A stretch of DNA of 64,000 nucleotides, from contig CAXXDN010000002.1 of assembly GCA_963667465.2 (NCBI GenBank), forward strand, positions 1,248,001 through 1,312,000, written 5' to 3'. Positions 8,591 through 18,530 of the stretch are shown here, piece by piece. A program made the translations under genes and the position numbers. The notes beneath the pieces were generated by a model. That model saw nothing but the letters and a program-made list of their open reading frames with translations, had not been told where the DNA came from and searched no databases. Numbering within the stretch: the stretch's first letter is position 1; every line of letters starts with the position of its first letter. Source of the stretch: Dehalococcoidia bacterium (lineage in GTDB: Bacteria > Chloroflexota > Dehalococcoidia > UBA2979).

Positions 8591-9316
8591 CTACCGCACC
8601 GGGCGCGCGTACCAGCCCCGCCAGACCGCCTTGCGGCGGCGCAGCAACGCGATGAACAGCGGGTTCGTCCAGATCAGAATCCGCCACAGCGGCCACTTGT
8701 CGAACCGCCGCGTCGAGGGCTGGACGCGCGGCTGCCGGATGAGCGCGACCTTGCGCCCCGTGTCGCGCGCGAGCCGCTTGAGGCTCCGGTAGAAGTCGGA
8801 GTCCTCGCCGATCCACGCCGTCTCGTCGTAGCCGCCGGCCTCCTCGAAGGCGGACGCGCGGCAGAACTGCGCGGCGCCCTGCGCCATGCGCGTGAGCCGC
8901 GCGAGCAGCCGCGAGGCGCGCAGGTAGAGCCTCGCGAGGCGGCGCTGCGGCCGGTAGTCGACGGCGACGGCGCCGCCGAGGCAGGTCGGGTCGTCCAGCA
9001 CCGCATGGATCGCCTGGAGGAACGTGGGCGGCACGATCACGTCGGCGTCGACGAAGACGAGCACGTCGCCCTCGGCGTGGCGGGCGCCCGCGTTACGTGC
9101 GCGCGCGATGCCCTGCCCGGGCTCGTGGATCACCCTCGCGCCCCCCACGAGGGCGACGGCGGCGGTCCGGTCGGTGCTGTTGTTGTCGACGACGATCGTC
9201 TCGACCGTCCCATCGATGCGGTCGAGCAGGCGGGTTGCGGCGACCTCGATCGAGTCGAGCGTGGCGGCCACGTAGTCCGCTTCGTTGAAGGCCGGGACGA
9301 TGATCGAGAGCCTCAC
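8591..9316 (-). CDS. Glycosyltransferase family 2
   Basis: MRLSIIVPAFNE, IVVDNNSTD, ARARNAGA, FVDAD, GGYDE...ED. Confidence 0.9.
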   Translation of the reverse strand: MRLSIIVPAFNEADYVAATLDSIEVAATRLLDRIDGTVETIVVDNNSTDRTAAVALVGGARVIHEPGQGIARARNAGARHAEGDVLVFVDADVIVPPTFLQAIHAVLDDPTCLGGAVAVDYRPQRRLARLYLRASRLLARLTRMAQGAAQFCRASAFEEAGGYDETAWIGEDSDFYRSLKRLARDTGRKVALIRQPRVQPSTRRFDKWPLWRILIWTNPLFIALLRRRKAVWRGWYARPVR

Positions 9317-9400
9317 GGGAACGCAGCGTACCGCGACGCCCCGCTGTGCGGCAGTGTGCGGCAGGTGGCCCTGCGGGGTGCAGGTGCTACGATTCGAGCG

Positions 9401-11068
9401 ATGGCTGAGACGGTCCTCGCCGCGGTCGCGTGGCCCTATGCAAACAGCGCGCTGCACGCGGGCCAGATCGCCGGCGCATACCTGCCTGCCGACATCTTCT
9501 CCCGCTACCACCGCATGCGCGGCGACCGCACGCTGATGGTCTCGGGCTCCGACGTGCACGGCACCCCCGTGACGATCCGCGCCGAGGAGGAGGGCTCTAC
9601 CCCCGAGGCCGTGATCGAGCGCGCCCACGCCTCCTTCCTCGACACCTTTGAGCGCTTCGGCATCTCGTTCGACCTGTTCACCTCGACCGGCACGGCGAAC
9701 CACGCCGCGGTGACGCAGGACCTCTTCCTGCGCCTCCACGAGCAGGGCCACATCTACGAGGCCGAGATGACGATGCTGTTCGACCCCGAGGCCGAACGCT
9801 TCCTGCCCGATCGTTATGTCGAAGGTGAGTGCCCCTACTGTGGCTACGACGGCGCGCGCGGCGACCAGTGCGACGAGTGCGGACGCACGATGGACGCCCT
9901 CGAGTTGATCGCGCCGCGCTCCCGGCTCTCCGAGGCGACCCCGGAGCCGCGCCGGACCAACCACTGCTTCCTCAAACTCAGCGAGTTCAACGACCAGTTG
10001 CTCGAGTGGGTCGATCCGCAGACACACTGGCGGCCGGCCGTGCGCAACTTCACGCTCGGCCTGTTGCGCGAGGGACTGCACGACCGCGCGATCACGCGCG
10101 ACATCGAGTGGGGCGTGCCCGTACCCCTCGAGGGCTGGGACGAGAAGCGCATCTACGTCTGGTTCGAGGCGGTGATCGGCTACCTCTCCGCGACGAAGGA
10201 GTGGGCGCAGAACTCGGGGCAGCCGGACGCCTGGGAGGCGTGGTGGAAGGATCCGGCGGCGCGGACCGTCTACTTCCAGGGCAAGGACAACGTCCCCTTC
10301 CACACCACCATCTGGCCGGCCATGCTGCTCGGCTACGGCGGCCTCAACCTGCCCTACGACGTCCCCGCGAACCAGTACGTCACGATCTCCGGCTCGAAAG
10401 CCTCGTCCTCGCGCAACTGGGCGATCTGGATGCCGGACTACCTCGACCGCCACGACCCGGACCCGCTGCGCTACGGGCTGACCGCGATGATGCCCGAGAC
10501 CTCCGACACGGACTTCACGTGGGCCGAATACGTGCGCCGCAACAACGACGAACTGGTCGCGCGCTGGGGCAACCTCGTGCACCGCGTGCTCACCCTGACG
10601 CGACGTCACTTCGACGCGCGCGTACCGGGCGCCGAGGCAGCGCCCTCGGCGGGGTCGGCGGCGCTGCTCGCGCGCGTCGACGCGGCCTTCGAGGAGGTCG
10701 GCGCGCACATCGACGGGCTGCGCCTGCGCGCAGCCCTGCAGACCGCGATGGGCGTCGCGCAGGAGGCGAACCGCTACCTCGATGAGCGCGCACCGTGGGC
10801 GGCCGTGCGCGAGGACCGCGAGTCGGCGGCGGAGACGCTCTCGACGGCGATCCAGGCGATCGCCGGGCTGGCCACGCTGCTGCAGCCGTTCCTGCCCTTC
10901 ACCTCGCCGCGCGCGTGGGCCCTCGCCGGCTGCGAGGGCGACATCGAGGCGGCGGGCTGGACTCGCACGCCCGTCGCGCCGGGCACGCCCCTGCCCGAGC
11001 CGGCGCCGCTGTTCCGCAAGCTCGACGAGTCGCTGGTCGACGAAGAAGAGGCGCGGCTCGGCCAGTAG
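9401..11068 (+). CDS. metG: Methionyl-tRNA synthetase
   Basis: AWPYAN..LHAGQ (HIGH), two CxxC zinc knuckles, YVWFEA, GKDNVPFH, KASSS (KMSKS); TGcTACGAT 7 nt upstream. Confidence 0.96.
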   Translation: MAETVLAAVAWPYANSALHAGQIAGAYLPADIFSRYHRMRGDRTLMVSGSDVHGTPVTIRAEEEGSTPEAVIERAHASFLDTFERFGISFDLFTSTGTANHAAVTQDLFLRLHEQGHIYEAEMTMLFDPEAERFLPDRYVEGECPYCGYDGARGDQCDECGRTMDALELIAPRSRLSEATPEPRRTNHCFLKLSEFNDQLLEWVDPQTHWRPAVRNFTLGLLREGLHDRAITRDIEWGVPVPLEGWDEKRIYVWFEAVIGYLSATKEWAQNSGQPDAWEAWWKDPAARTVYFQGKDNVPFHTTIWPAMLLGYGGLNLPYDVPANQYVTISGSKASSSRNWAIWMPDYLDRHDPDPLRYGLTAMMPETSDTDFTWAEYVRRNNDELVARWGNLVHRVLTLTRRHFDARVPGAEAAPSAGSAALLARVDAAFEEVGAHIDGLRLRAALQTAMGVAQEANRYLDERAPWAAVREDRESAAETLSTAIQAIAGLATLLQPFLPFTSPRAWALAGCEGDIEAAGWTRTPVAPGTPLPEPAPLFRKLDESLVDEEEARLGQ

Positions 11069-11094
11069 GCCGGGCAACGGAGGACGAGCACACG

Positions 11095-11910
11095 ATGAGC
11101 CCCCTCGACGCCCCGATCGTCGACGCACACGCACACACCTGGTCCGGCGCGTTCTCCGAGGACCACGCCGAGGTGATGGAGCGCGCCTGGGGCTCCGGCC
11201 TCACCGCCGTCGTCGAGGTCGGCGGCAGCGCGCCGAGCAGCGAGGAGGCGTACGCCCTCGCCGCGGCCGACGAGCGGGTCCACGCCGTCGCCGGGCTGCA
11301 CCCGCACCGTGCGAAGGACCTGCCGGAGCAGCGCGAGCAGCTGCACGAGCAGGCGCACAGCGGGCGCTTCGTCGGCCTCGGCGAGATGGGGCTGGACTTC
11401 TACCGCAATCTCTCGCCGCACGACATCCAGTACGAGGCCTTCCGTTACCAGTTGGACCTGGCGCGCGAGGCCTCGCTGCCCGTCGTGATCCACAGCCGCG
11501 ACTCCGACGAGGAGTCGTACGCGGTGATCGAGGAATGGGCGCGCCACTCGGGGCGCTACCTGGGGCCGGACCGCGAGATCGGGATGATGCACTGCTACGC
11601 GGGCGACGCGGAGCTGGGTGAGCGCTACCGCGCGCTCGGCTTCCTGCTCTCGATTCCCGGCCCCGTCACCTACCCGGGCGGCACGCAGCGCCAGAACGTC
11701 GCGAGGACGGCGCCGCTCGAGCAGCTGCTGGTCGAGACCGATGCACCGGCACTGACGCCGCAGTCGCATCGCGGGCGGCGCAACGAGCCGGCCTACCTCC
11801 TCGAGACGATCGCCTTCGTCGCGCAGCTGCGCGGCGACACGCCGGAGCACGTGGCGCGCGTCACGGCCGGGAACGCCGCGCGGCTCTTTGGCTTCGAGCT
11901 GCCTCGATGA
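11095..11910 (+). CDS. tatD: TatD-family deoxyribonuclease
   Basis: DAHAH, GLHP, GEMGLDF, IHSR, HCY, ETDAP, RNEPA. Confidence 0.92.
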   Translation: MSPLDAPIVDAHAHTWSGAFSEDHAEVMERAWGSGLTAVVEVGGSAPSSEEAYALAAADERVHAVAGLHPHRAKDLPEQREQLHEQAHSGRFVGLGEMGLDFYRNLSPHDIQYEAFRYQLDLAREASLPVVIHSRDSDEESYAVIEEWARHSGRYLGPDREIGMMHCYAGDAELGERYRALGFLLSIPGPVTYPGGTQRQNVARTAPLEQLLVETDAPALTPQSHRGRRNEPAYLLETIAFVAQLRGDTPEHVARVTAGNAARLFGFELPR

Positions 11911-12884
11911 CCGCGCCGGCCAGCCAGTTCGAGGTCTACGGCCCCGTCGCGGACGACCTGCCGCGCGTCGACGAGCTGCTCGACTCGCTGCGCGATGTCG
12001 AGTTTCCGTGGCTGCGCGAGATGCTGGGCGCGGTGCTCGGCGGCGGCGGCAAGCGGTTGCGGCCGGCGCTGACGCTGCTCGCGGGGCGCCTCGGGCGCTA
12101 CGACCTCGACCTGCTCGTGCCGATGGCCGCGAGCGTCGAGCTGCTGCACACGGCGACGCTCGTCCACGACGACGTGATCGACCAGGCGGAGGAGCGGCGA
12201 GGGCGGCCGACGGTGGCCGCGCAGTTCAACAACGGGCCGAGCGTGATGCTCGGCGACTACATGTTCGCTCACGCCGCCCACTTCGTGGCGCTGACCGGCA
12301 ACCTGCGCGTGGTCCGCAACTTCGCCGAGACGCTGCGCGTCATGGCGCGCGGCGAGCTGAGCCAGGACCTCGCGGCCTACGAGTATTCGCCGGACGTGCG
12401 GCGCTACCTCGATCGCATCCATGGCAAGACCGCCTCGCTCTTTGCCACCGCCGCCGAGGGCGGGGCGATCGTGTGCGACGCGCCCGAGCCGCTCATCGAG
12501 CCGGTCCGCCGGTTCGGCGAGCAGCTCGGCATGGCCTTCCAGGTGGTCGACGACGTGCTCGACTTCAGCGCTACGGCCGAGGAGCTCGGCAAGCCGGTCG
12601 GGTCCGACTTGCTGGCCGGAACGCTGACGCTGCCCGCGCTGCTCTACCTGGACCGCTACCCTGAGGACAACCCGATCCGGCGCGCCTTCGCGGGCGTCCG
12701 CAGACGGGCGAACCTGCAACGCGCGATCAGCGAGATCCGCGAGTCCGGGCTCCTCGAGGAGTCGATGGAGACGGCGCAGCGCTTCGCCGAGCAGGCTGCG
12801 GCGTCGCTTGAGCCGCTCCCCGGCGGCCAGCCGCGCGAAACCTTCGAGTCTCTGACGGAGTACGTGCTCGCGCGTCGCAGCTGA
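11907..12884 (+). CDS. Polyprenyl diphosphate synthase (HepT/IspB-like)
   Basis: GGKRLRP, HDDVID...RRG (FARM), KTASL, FQVVDDVLD (SARM). Confidence 0.92.
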   Translation: MTAPASQFEVYGPVADDLPRVDELLDSLRDVEFPWLREMLGAVLGGGGKRLRPALTLLAGRLGRYDLDLLVPMAASVELLHTATLVHDDVIDQAEERRGRPTVAAQFNNGPSVMLGDYMFAHAAHFVALTGNLRVVRNFAETLRVMARGELSQDLAAYEYSPDVRRYLDRIHGKTASLFATAAEGGAIVCDAPEPLIEPVRRFGEQLGMAFQVVDDVLDFSATAEELGKPVGSDLLAGTLTLPALLYLDRYPEDNPIRRAFAGVRRRANLQRAISEIRESGLLEESMETAQRFAEQAAASLEPLPGGQPRETFESLTEYVLARRS

Positions 12885-12923
12885 GGCGCTGCGCGGGGCA
12901 ACTCAGACCTCGGGAGTCAGAGG

Positions 12924-13337
12924 CTACGAGGCGCCCTTGCCCTCACCGCGCGCGCGGCGGCGGCCACGCGAGCCGCTGCCCTTGACGCGCTCGCGGACCT
13001 GCACCGCGGCCTTCCTCGCGGCGACTTCCTCGGCCGTAACCTTCGTGGCGGCGGGCACGACGCGCGGATCCTTCACGAGGAAGGGCTCCATCTTCGTCAT
13101 GTCGTTCGTCTGCATCGGCTTCGTGGACTGCCCCTTGGGCGTCCAGTAGAGGTTCTGGTCCGGGATGCGGCGCGGCATCCCGCCGCGCATGGTGAAGGCG
13201 TGCACCTCGGTCGGCATGAGGCGCCGGCCGTCGCCGTCGCAGACGACGCACGGCTGCGGGTCCGAAGACTCGCGCACAGGGCGAATCAGCTCGAAGATGC
13301 CGTCGCAACCTTCGCAGTAGTACTCGTAGAGCGGCAT
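12924..13337 (-). CDS. FmdB-family zinc-ribbon protein
   Basis: MPLYEYYCEGC...F...CVVC; GGAG SD. Confidence 0.85.
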   Translation of the reverse strand: MPLYEYYCEGCDGIFELIRPVRESSDPQPCVVCDGDGRRLMPTEVHAFTMRGGMPRRIPDQNLYWTPKGQSTKPMQTNDMTKMEPFLVKDPRVVPAATKVTAEEVAARKAAVQVRERVKGSGSRGRRRARGEGKGAS

Positions 13338-13360
13338 GCCGCGTCTCCTCGATCCGTCAG

Positions 13361-14227
13361 TCAGGCGTTCAGGTTGTCCCGCTCAGTATACGCGGGCAAC
13401 GGCTCAGCCGATGCACTCCCCGCAGGCGCCACCGCAGACGACTCGTCGCCGTCCGCCGCCCGAGGCGTCTGGCGCACCTCGGAGAGGAAGCGCGCGCTGC
13501 CCAGATCGCGCTCGGCCATCGCGCGCATCAGCTCGTGCATCACCCGCTCCAGGCCGGAGGCGAGCTCAGGCGTAAGGCGCACGCGCGCGGCCTCCTCGTA
13601 CGGCTCCTGCTGGATGTAGCGCAGCACCTTCAGCACGGAGGCGTCGATCGGCCCCGCCTCCGGGTGCGAGCCCCGGCAGGCCGTGCAGATCACGCCTCCG
13701 GCGAGCGGCGACCAGGCCAGGGTTTCGAGCGAGACCGGCTCCCCGCAGGCGGCGCAGTTGCGCCACTCCGGCCGAAAGCCCGTCGCATCGAGCAGCCCCA
13801 GCTCGAACGACCTCGCGACGAGCTGCTCGCCGTCACCCCGCGCGAGGCGCAGCAGCGCGACCAACAGCAGGCGGTAGACGGCGTCCGCCTCGGCATGCTC
13901 GACGGTGAAGCGGTCGGCGAGCTCGAGCAGGTAGAACGCGAGGCTGAGCCTGTCGAGGTCGTCGCGAATCGTGGCGAAGCCCTCGATCGTCTGGGCCTGG
14001 GTGATGATGTCGAGGTTGCGGCCGTGGGCGAGCAGCACCTCGGCGTGGGTCACCGGCTCCAGGTGACCCGCGAGCCTGCTCCGCGGGCGCAGCGCGCCCT
14101 TGGCGATCGCGTCGATCTTCCCGCGCGCGGGGGTGAGCAGCGTGACGATGCGATCGCTGTCGCCGAAGCGCCGGTGGCGGATCACCACCGCCTCGCTGCG
14201 GGTAACGCGGGGGGCGCGCGCGGGCAT
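13361..14227 (-). CDS. recO: DNA repair protein RecO
   Basis: GDSDRIVTLLT..GKIDAIAKG N-terminal OB fold; CAAC...CTAC zinc finger. Confidence 0.93.
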   Translation of the reverse strand: MPARAPRVTRSEAVVIRHRRFGDSDRIVTLLTPARGKIDAIAKGALRPRSRLAGHLEPVTHAEVLLAHGRNLDIITQAQTIEGFATIRDDLDRLSLAFYLLELADRFTVEHAEADAVYRLLLVALLRLARGDGEQLVARSFELGLLDATGFRPEWRNCAACGEPVSLETLAWSPLAGGVICTACRGSHPEAGPIDASVLKVLRYIQQEPYEEAARVRLTPELASGLERVMHELMRAMAERDLGSARFLSEVRQTPRAADGDESSAVAPAGSASAEPLPAYTERDNLNA

Positions 14228-14244
14228 GGTTACAGGTTAAACGA

Positions 14245-14272
14245 CGGGAGCCGGCCCGCGGGCCGGCTCCCG
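14245..14272 (-). terminator. Perfect 28-bp palindrome, likely terminator of binding protein copy 1
   Basis: CGGGAGCCGGCCCG/CGGGCCGGCTCCCG followed by UCGUUU on the minus strand. Confidence 0.7.
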
Positions 14273-14293
14273 GTTCTCTCGCCTCGTGCGGGT

Positions 14294-16294
14294 CTAGCCG
14301 CGGAGGTCCACCGTGAGAGTCTGATCCACGTTCTCGTTGTCGAGCCACGTCTTGTGGAAGGCGTAGCCCCAGTCCCAGAAGCTGTGGAGGCCGATGTACG
14401 GACCGTGGAAGCGCACAAAGCGCACTTCCGGCCGCACGATGAAGATGCCTGCCGAGGCCGGCACCTTGTCCATCCAGTACGCCTCCTCGTTCATCTGGTC
14501 GATGATCTGCGTGAACATCTCGCGCCGCGCGTCCGTGTCGAACTCACCGAACTGCTTGTCGGCAAGCTCGTCGATGACCGGGTCCACGATGTTGAAGTGC
14601 TGCGTCGTCGACTGGGAGTGGATGTTCTCCCAGAAGTACCCGTTCGCGGTCGGAGCCGCGGTCGACCAGCCCTGGATCATCTCCGACTCCCGCGCCTCAG
14701 GGTCGGAGAAGCCCTGGCTGTAGTAGTGCTTCGAGAAGGCGGCGCCGTCGGCCGGCAGCAACTCCGGCGCGAAGCCGAGCGCCCGCATGTCCTCGAAGAT
14801 CAGCTCCGTGTCCGGGCCCAACCCTGCGAATCCGAGCGGAGAGCGGTGGCGAACCGTGAGTCCCGGCTCGACGCCGGCCGCCGCGAGCAGCTGTGCCGCC
14901 TGCTCCGGGTCGTACGCGCCGGTGCTGCCGAAGGCGTCGCGGCCCGGGTACGAGTCGGAGTAGAACGGCCAGCCGAAGGCGGGCAGCGCGTCCGGCCACT
15001 TCTGACCCGGGTAGCGGATCGCCAGGTAGCGGTCCACGTCCATGCCGAGCTTGAGGGCGCGGCGCACGCGCGTGTCGTTGAAGGGCGCGACGTTGGAGTT
15101 CACCGCGTAGATCGAGATGCCCATCAGCGACGGGTTGTTCATCACGTTCATGCCCGGGACGCTGCCCCACAGCGCGTCCAGTTCCTCTGTCCGCAGGGTG
15201 GGCAGACCGTGGTGCGTCTGCCCGGTGCGGAACGCGGCCTTGCGTGTCTCGGGGTCCTGGATCGTGTCGAAGTGGAACGCGTCCAGCAGCGGCGCGCCGC
15301 CCCAGTAGTCGGGGTTGCCCACGAACACCATCCGCTGGTCCTGGACCGTGTTCTCCTTGTCGAGGATGCCGGGGCCGGTGCCGATCGGCGTCGTGTCCGC
15401 GATCCCGGCGTCGTAGACCTCCGGCGGGTAGATCGGCGTCTCGCGGTTGCCCGCCACGACGAGGATGTCCGCGTTTGCCTTCGACATGTTGAAGCGCACC
15501 GTGCGGTCGTCCACCGCCTCGGCAGACTCGAGGCCGAGCAGCAGGCCGGCCTGGCGGCCGCTCTGCATGCGCGTGTAGGCCTGCGCCACGTCGTTGGCGA
15601 CCATCGCCCGGCCGTTCACGGGCGCCACGTTGTGGTAGTTCGCCTCACGCAGCGCGAAGGTCAGCGTCAGACCGTCCGGCGCAACTTCCCACCCGGTGGC
15701 GAGGCCGAAGTCCGGGTTGAGCTCCATCTGGTAGACGTTGAAGTCCGGGCCCTGGTGGTACCCGACGAGCATGTCGCCAACCATCGTGTTGGTCGACTGC
15801 GTCAGACCGCCACCCGAGGTGATGTTGTCGAAGCTCGAGTGGATCAGCGATGTGCCGTACGTGAGGATGCCGCCGGCGACCGGCTTCTTGTCCGGCTCCG
15901 CCCAACCGTAGGCGAAGGGCGCGCCGTCAGTGCGGGCATTGCCGATGTAGTCGTAGGACGGCTCGGTCGGATACCCGGCGCCCTCCGGCGTGGGGGCCGG
16001 AGTGGCCGTCGCCGTGGCGCCCGCCGCCGCTGTCGGCGTCGGCGTCGGCTCGGGCGTCGCGGTCCGCACGATGGCAGCGGTCGGGACGGGAGTCGCCGAG
16101 GCGGTCGGCGCCGCCGCCTGCGTCGGCGCCGGAGTTGCCGCCGGAGCGTCGTCGTCGTCGTCGCCGCAGCCGATCAAGGCTGCTGCCGTCAGGCCGACCG
16201 CGCCGATGACGCCGCCGCGGATGACGCTGCGGCGGCTGACGCGAGACCCGATCAGCCTGGACAGCCCCTGCCCGTTGCTTGCTTGTTCTGTCAT
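14294..16294 (-). CDS. ABC transporter family-5 substrate-binding Tat lipoprotein, copy 1 (666 aa)
   Basis: SRRSVIRGG twin-arginine motif, LIGC lipobox, PT-rich linker, PIGTGP, PFNDTRVRRAL, YDPEQAAQLL. Confidence 0.9.
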   Translation of the reverse strand: MTEQASNGQGLSRLIGSRVSRRSVIRGGVIGAVGLTAAALIGCGDDDDDAPAATPAPTQAAAPTASATPVPTAAIVRTATPEPTPTPTAAAGATATATPAPTPEGAGYPTEPSYDYIGNARTDGAPFAYGWAEPDKKPVAGGILTYGTSLIHSSFDNITSGGGLTQSTNTMVGDMLVGYHQGPDFNVYQMELNPDFGLATGWEVAPDGLTLTFALREANYHNVAPVNGRAMVANDVAQAYTRMQSGRQAGLLLGLESAEAVDDRTVRFNMSKANADILVVAGNRETPIYPPEVYDAGIADTTPIGTGPGILDKENTVQDQRMVFVGNPDYWGGAPLLDAFHFDTIQDPETRKAAFRTGQTHHGLPTLRTEELDALWGSVPGMNVMNNPSLMGISIYAVNSNVAPFNDTRVRRALKLGMDVDRYLAIRYPGQKWPDALPAFGWPFYSDSYPGRDAFGSTGAYDPEQAAQLLAAAGVEPGLTVRHRSPLGFAGLGPDTELIFEDMRALGFAPELLPADGAAFSKHYYSQGFSDPEARESEMIQGWSTAAPTANGYFWENIHSQSTTQHFNIVDPVIDELADKQFGEFDTDARREMFTQIIDQMNEEAYWMDKVPASAGIFIVRPEVRFVRFHGPYIGLHSFWDWGYAFHKTWLDNENVDQTLTVDLRG

Positions 16295-16360
16295 GGGTCC
16301 TCCTCGATCACGAACCGAAACCTGCTTCGCAGGCCTTCTGATCGCTGCACGCTCCGCGCT

Positions 16361-16417
16361 ACGGTACGGTTCTGTGCAACCCCGCGCAAGTGCGGACAAC
16401 ATCGCCGGACTACGATT
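16361..16417 (-). promoter_or_regulatory. Promoter of copy 1 (TTGCGC-17-TACCGT) plus conserved upstream box
   Basis: Conserved with copy 2 at identical spacing while the flanking intergenic DNA has diverged. Confidence 0.6.
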
Positions 16418-16480
16418 ATCCGGCGCCCTGTTCCGGTGTAACGCGGGGGGCGCGCGCGGGCATGGTTACAGGTTAAACGA

Positions 16481-16508
16481 CGGGAGCCGGCCCGCGGGCC
16501 GGCTCCCG
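16481..16508 (-). terminator. Second copy of the 28-bp palindrome, terminator of binding protein copy 2
   Basis: Identical to 14245-14272. Confidence 0.7.
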
Positions 16509-16529
16509 GTTCTCTCGCCTCGTGCGGGT

Positions 16530-18530
16530 CTAGCCGCGGAGGTCCACCGTGAGAGTCTGATCCAGGTTCTCGTTGTCGAGCCACGTCTTGTGGAAGGCGT
16601 AGCCCCAGTCCCAGAAGCTGTGGAGGCCGATGTACGGACCGTGGAAGCGCACGAAGCGCACTTCCGGCCGCACGATGAAGATGCCTGCCGAGGCCGGCAC
16701 CTTGTCCAGCCAGTAGGCCTCTTCGTTCATCTGATCGATGATCTGCGTGAACATCTCGCGCCGCGCGTCCGTGTCGAACTCACCGAACTGCTTGTCGGCA
16801 AGGTCGTCGATGACCGCGTCCTCGATGTTGAAGTGCTGCGTCGTCGACTGGGAGTGGATGTTCTCCCAGAAGTACCCGTTCGCGGTCGGAGCCGCGGTCG
16901 ACCAGCCCTGGATCATGTCCGCGTCCCGCGCCTCGGGGTCCGAGAAGCCCTGGCTGTAGTACTGCTTCGAGAAGGCCGCGCCGTCGGCCGGCAGCATCTC
17001 CGGCGCGAAGCCGAGCGCCCGCATGTCCTCGAACAGCAGCTCCGTCTCCACGGCCGGGTTCGTGAACCCGGCTGGCGAGCGGTGGCGGATCTGGTGACCC
17101 TCCTCGACGCCGGCCGCCGCGAGCAGCTGTGCCGCCTGCTCCGGGTCGTACGGGCCGGTGCTGCCGAAGGCGTCGCGACCCGGGTACGAGTCGGAGTAGA
17201 ACGGCCAGCCGAAGGCGGGGATCGAGTCGGGGAAGCGCTGGCCCGGGTAGCGGATCGCGAGGTAGCGGTCCACATCCATGCCGAGCTTGAGGGCGCGGCG
17301 CACGCGGGTGTCGTTGAACGGCGCGACGTTGGAGTTGACCGCGAAGATGAGGATACCCATCAGCGACGGGTTGCTCATCACGTTCATGCCCGGGACGCTG
17401 CCCCACAGCGCGTCCAGTTCCTCTGTCCGCACGGAGGGCAGGCCGTGGTGCGTCTGCCCGGTGCGGAACGCGGCCTTGCGCGTCTCCGAGTCCTGGATCG
17501 TGTCGAAGTGGAACGCGTCGAGCAGCGGCGCGCCGCCCCAGTAGTCGGGGTTGGCCGCGAACACCATCCGCTGGTCCTGGACCGTGTTCTCCTTGTCGAG
17601 GATGCCGGGGCCGGTACCGATCGGCGTCGTGTCCGCGATCCCCGCGTCGTAGACCTCCGGCGGGTAGATCGGCGTCTCGCGGTTGCCCGCCACGACGAGG
17701 ATGTCCGCGTTCGGGCGCGACATGTTGAAGCGCACCGTGCGGTCGTCCACCGCCTCGGCAGACTCGAGGCCCAGCAGCAGGCCGGCCTGGCGGCCGCTCC
17801 GCATGCGCGTGTAGGCCTGCGCCACGTCGTTGGCGACCAGCGCCCGGCCGTTGACCGGCGCCACGTTGTGGTAGTTCGCCTCGCGCAGCGCGAAGGTCAG
17901 CGAGAGCCCGTCCGGGGCAACCTCCCAGCCCGTCGCCAGGCCGAAGTCCGGGTTGAGCTCCATCTGGTAGACGTTGAAGTCCGGGCCCTGGTGGTACCCG
18001 ACGAGCATGTCGCCAACCATCGTGTTGGCCGACTGTGTCAGACCGCCACCCGAGGTGATGTTGTCGAAGCTCGAGTGGATCAGCGATGTGCCGTAGGTGA
18101 GGATGCCGCCGGCGACCGGCTTCTTGTCCGGCTCCGCCCAACCGTAGGCGAAGGGCGCGCCGTCAGTGCGGGCATTGCCGATGTAGTCGTAGGACGGCTC
18201 GGTCGGATACCCGGCGCCTTCCGGCGTGGGGGCCGGGGTGGCCGTCGCCGTGGCGCCCGCCGCCGCTGTCGGCGTCGGCGTCGGCTCGGGCGTCGCGGTC
18301 CGCACGATGGCAGCGGTCGGGACGGGAGTCGCCGAGGCGGTCGGAGCCGCCGCCTGCGTCGGCGCCGGAGTTGCCGCGGGAGCGTCGTCGTCGTCGTCGC
18401 CGCAGCCGATCAAGGCTGCTGCCGTCAGGCCGGCCGCGCCGATCACGCCGCCGCGGATGACGCTGCGGCGGCTGACGCGAGACCCGATCAGCCTGGACAG
18501 CCCCTGTCCGTTGCTTGCTTGTTCTGTCAT
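16530..18530 (-). CDS. ABC transporter family-5 substrate-binding Tat lipoprotein, copy 2 (666 aa)
   Basis: Same length and motifs as copy 1. Confidence 0.9.
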   Translation of the reverse strand: MTEQASNGQGLSRLIGSRVSRRSVIRGGVIGAAGLTAAALIGCGDDDDDAPAATPAPTQAAAPTASATPVPTAAIVRTATPEPTPTPTAAAGATATATPAPTPEGAGYPTEPSYDYIGNARTDGAPFAYGWAEPDKKPVAGGILTYGTSLIHSSFDNITSGGGLTQSANTMVGDMLVGYHQGPDFNVYQMELNPDFGLATGWEVAPDGLSLTFALREANYHNVAPVNGRALVANDVAQAYTRMRSGRQAGLLLGLESAEAVDDRTVRFNMSRPNADILVVAGNRETPIYPPEVYDAGIADTTPIGTGPGILDKENTVQDQRMVFAANPDYWGGAPLLDAFHFDTIQDSETRKAAFRTGQTHHGLPSVRTEELDALWGSVPGMNVMSNPSLMGILIFAVNSNVAPFNDTRVRRALKLGMDVDRYLAIRYPGQRFPDSIPAFGWPFYSDSYPGRDAFGSTGPYDPEQAAQLLAAAGVEEGHQIRHRSPAGFTNPAVETELLFEDMRALGFAPEMLPADGAAFSKQYYSQGFSDPEARDADMIQGWSTAAPTANGYFWENIHSQSTTQHFNIEDAVIDDLADKQFGEFDTDARREMFTQIIDQMNEEAYWLDKVPASAGIFIVRPEVRFVRFHGPYIGLHSFWDWGYAFHKTWLDNENLDQTLTVDLRG

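Noticed and set aside
15985-16165. GTCGGC/GTCGCC-type short repeats, also in copy 2 and near 40565-40595
   Set aside because: They encode ordinary Pro/Thr/Ala linkers
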